NCBI GenBank assembly: GCA_017303675.1
Contig: JAFLBX010000002.1
Coordinates: 1,461,075 to 1,525,074 of the forward strand
Reading direction: 5' to 3'
From: Ignavibacteria bacterium
GTDB taxonomy: Bacteria > Bacteroidota > Ignavibacteria > Tepidaquicellales > OLB5
Length of the DNA stretch: 64,000 nt
Position 1 is the stretch's first letter, and every line of letters starts with the position of its first letter. Made by a program: the position numbers and the translations under genes. The notes under the pieces are model-generated. The model was not told the DNA's origin and did not search any database. It worked only from the letters and a program-made list of their open reading frames with translations. This document shows, piece after piece, positions 63,322-64,000 of the stretch.

Positions 63322-64000
63322 TTAATGCTTTTTAAGTTTAGCTTCCAGCTCTTTTTTCATTTCTTCAAAACCTGGCTTGCCAAGAAGAGCGAACATGTTC
63401 TTTTTATAAGCTTCAACTCCCGGCTGATCGAACGGATTAACACCCAGCAGATATCCGCTCACAGCGCATGCTTTTTCGAAGAAATAGATAAGCTCTCCAA
63501 GATTTTCCTCATCAAGTCTGTTAAGCGTAATTGATAAATTTGGCACACAGCCTGATACATGCGCAAGCATGGTGCCAAGCTCTGCCATTTTATTAACTTC
63601 ACCAAGGCGTTTGCCTGCGATGTAATTCATTTCATCCAGGTTATCACTATCGCGCGGCACGGTAAGTGTAAATTTGGATTCATTTATACTAATCACAGTT
63701 TCAAAAATACTGCGCGTTCCTTCCTGTATCCACTGCCCCATTGAGTGAAGATCAGCCGTAAAATTCACGCCTGCAGGGAAAATCCCTTTACCCTCTTTGC
63801 CTTCTGATTCTCCATAAAGCTGTTTCCACCATTCAATTATATAATTCAGGTTTGGTGTGAAGCTTGCAAGAATTTCAATCGATTTACCTTTATTATAAAG
63901 GGCGTTTCGCGCAGCTGCGTAAAGATCTGCGGGATTTTCATCAATATTTTTTTTCTCACGGGTAAGCTGCTGCATAGCTTTTGCACCGCCTAGCAGCTTA
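63322..64000 (-). CDS. pgi: Glucose-6-phosphate isomerase, C-terminal part; 5' end outside window
   Basis: [19 protein letters not shown] and DLHSMGQ..QEG motifs. The frame stays open to the window edge. Confidence 0.9.
   Translation of the reverse strand, partial: KLLGGAKAMQQLTREKKNIDENPADLYAAARNALYNKGKSIEILASFTPNLNYIIEWWKQLYGESEGKEGKGIFPAGVNFTADLHSMGQWIQEGTRSIFETVISINESKFTLTVPRDSDNLDEMNYIAGKRLGEVNKMAELGTMLAHVSGCVPNLSITLNRLDEENLGELIYFFEKACAVSGYLLGVNPFDQPGVEAYKKNMFALLGKPGFEEMKKELEAKLKKH

Noticed and set aside
1-64000. tRNA, rRNA, tmRNA, RNase P, SRP RNA, transposases, integrases, phage genes and cas genes.
   Set aside because: I scanned the spacers longer than 120 nt by eye for T-loop (GGTTCGAATCC-like) and other hallmark motifs and found none. 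No ORF shows DDE/tyrosine-recombinase/cas-like motifs. A tRNAscan-SE/Infernal run would be the decisive check.

Overview
AT-rich bacterial chromosomal window with about 65 protein-coding genes. I found no rRNA, tRNA, CRISPR array, integrase or transposase. The lineage looks like the FCB group (Ignavibacteria/Bacteroidota-like), because four secreted proteins end in the same T9SS-type C-terminal sorting domain (..QNYPNPFNPxTxIxF...GxYxF.F....L.SGVYFY......KKMxLxK). Layout: (i) 1-14.5 kb is a capsule/EPS/O-antigen-like polysaccharide locus: BY-kinase tail, SDR, AsnB-type amidotransferase, transglutaminase-like membrane protein, two PIG-L deacetylases, glycosyltransferases, WbqC, FkbM methyltransferase, epimerase, formyltransferase and Wzx flippase. 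(ii) 14.5-22.2 kb is housekeeping: two CNNM/CorC paralogs flanking a small repeat protein, a SerB-SerA fusion, RseP and Dxr. (iii) 22.5-31.2 kb is a secreted/lipoprotein block, including a frameshifted BNR/Ycf48-like T9SS gene and a cytochrome-c-like (CX4CH) YVTN beta-propeller lipoprotein with a partner lipoprotein. (iv) 34-42.5 kb carries the aerobic kynurenine pathway in two blocks (KMO and kynureninase; 3-hydroxyanthranilate dioxygenase and ACMSD), separated by an FKBP gene and two T9SS cargo genes. (v) 42.5-57 kb holds miscellaneous stress/detox genes (DinB, DUF899, esterase, two VOC paralogs, PaiB, GNAT, adenine deaminase, MgtC-like) plus an uncharacterised five-gene membrane-protein operon with a winged-helix regulator. 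(vi) 57.3-64 kb holds a VapBC pair whose antitoxin is missing from the ORF track, hslR, ferritin, a fused 2-oxoacid dehydrogenase E1 alpha/beta, dienelactone hydrolase and partial pgi. The clearest non-genic signals are 7-nt periodic arrays bracketing hslR and a set of short GC-rich perfect palindromes in AT-rich intergenic DNA, some recurring at distant sites. No obvious defence island or mobile element is present, so the best candidates for something new are flagged with moderate scores only. All functional calls come from motif recognition by eye; no database search was run.
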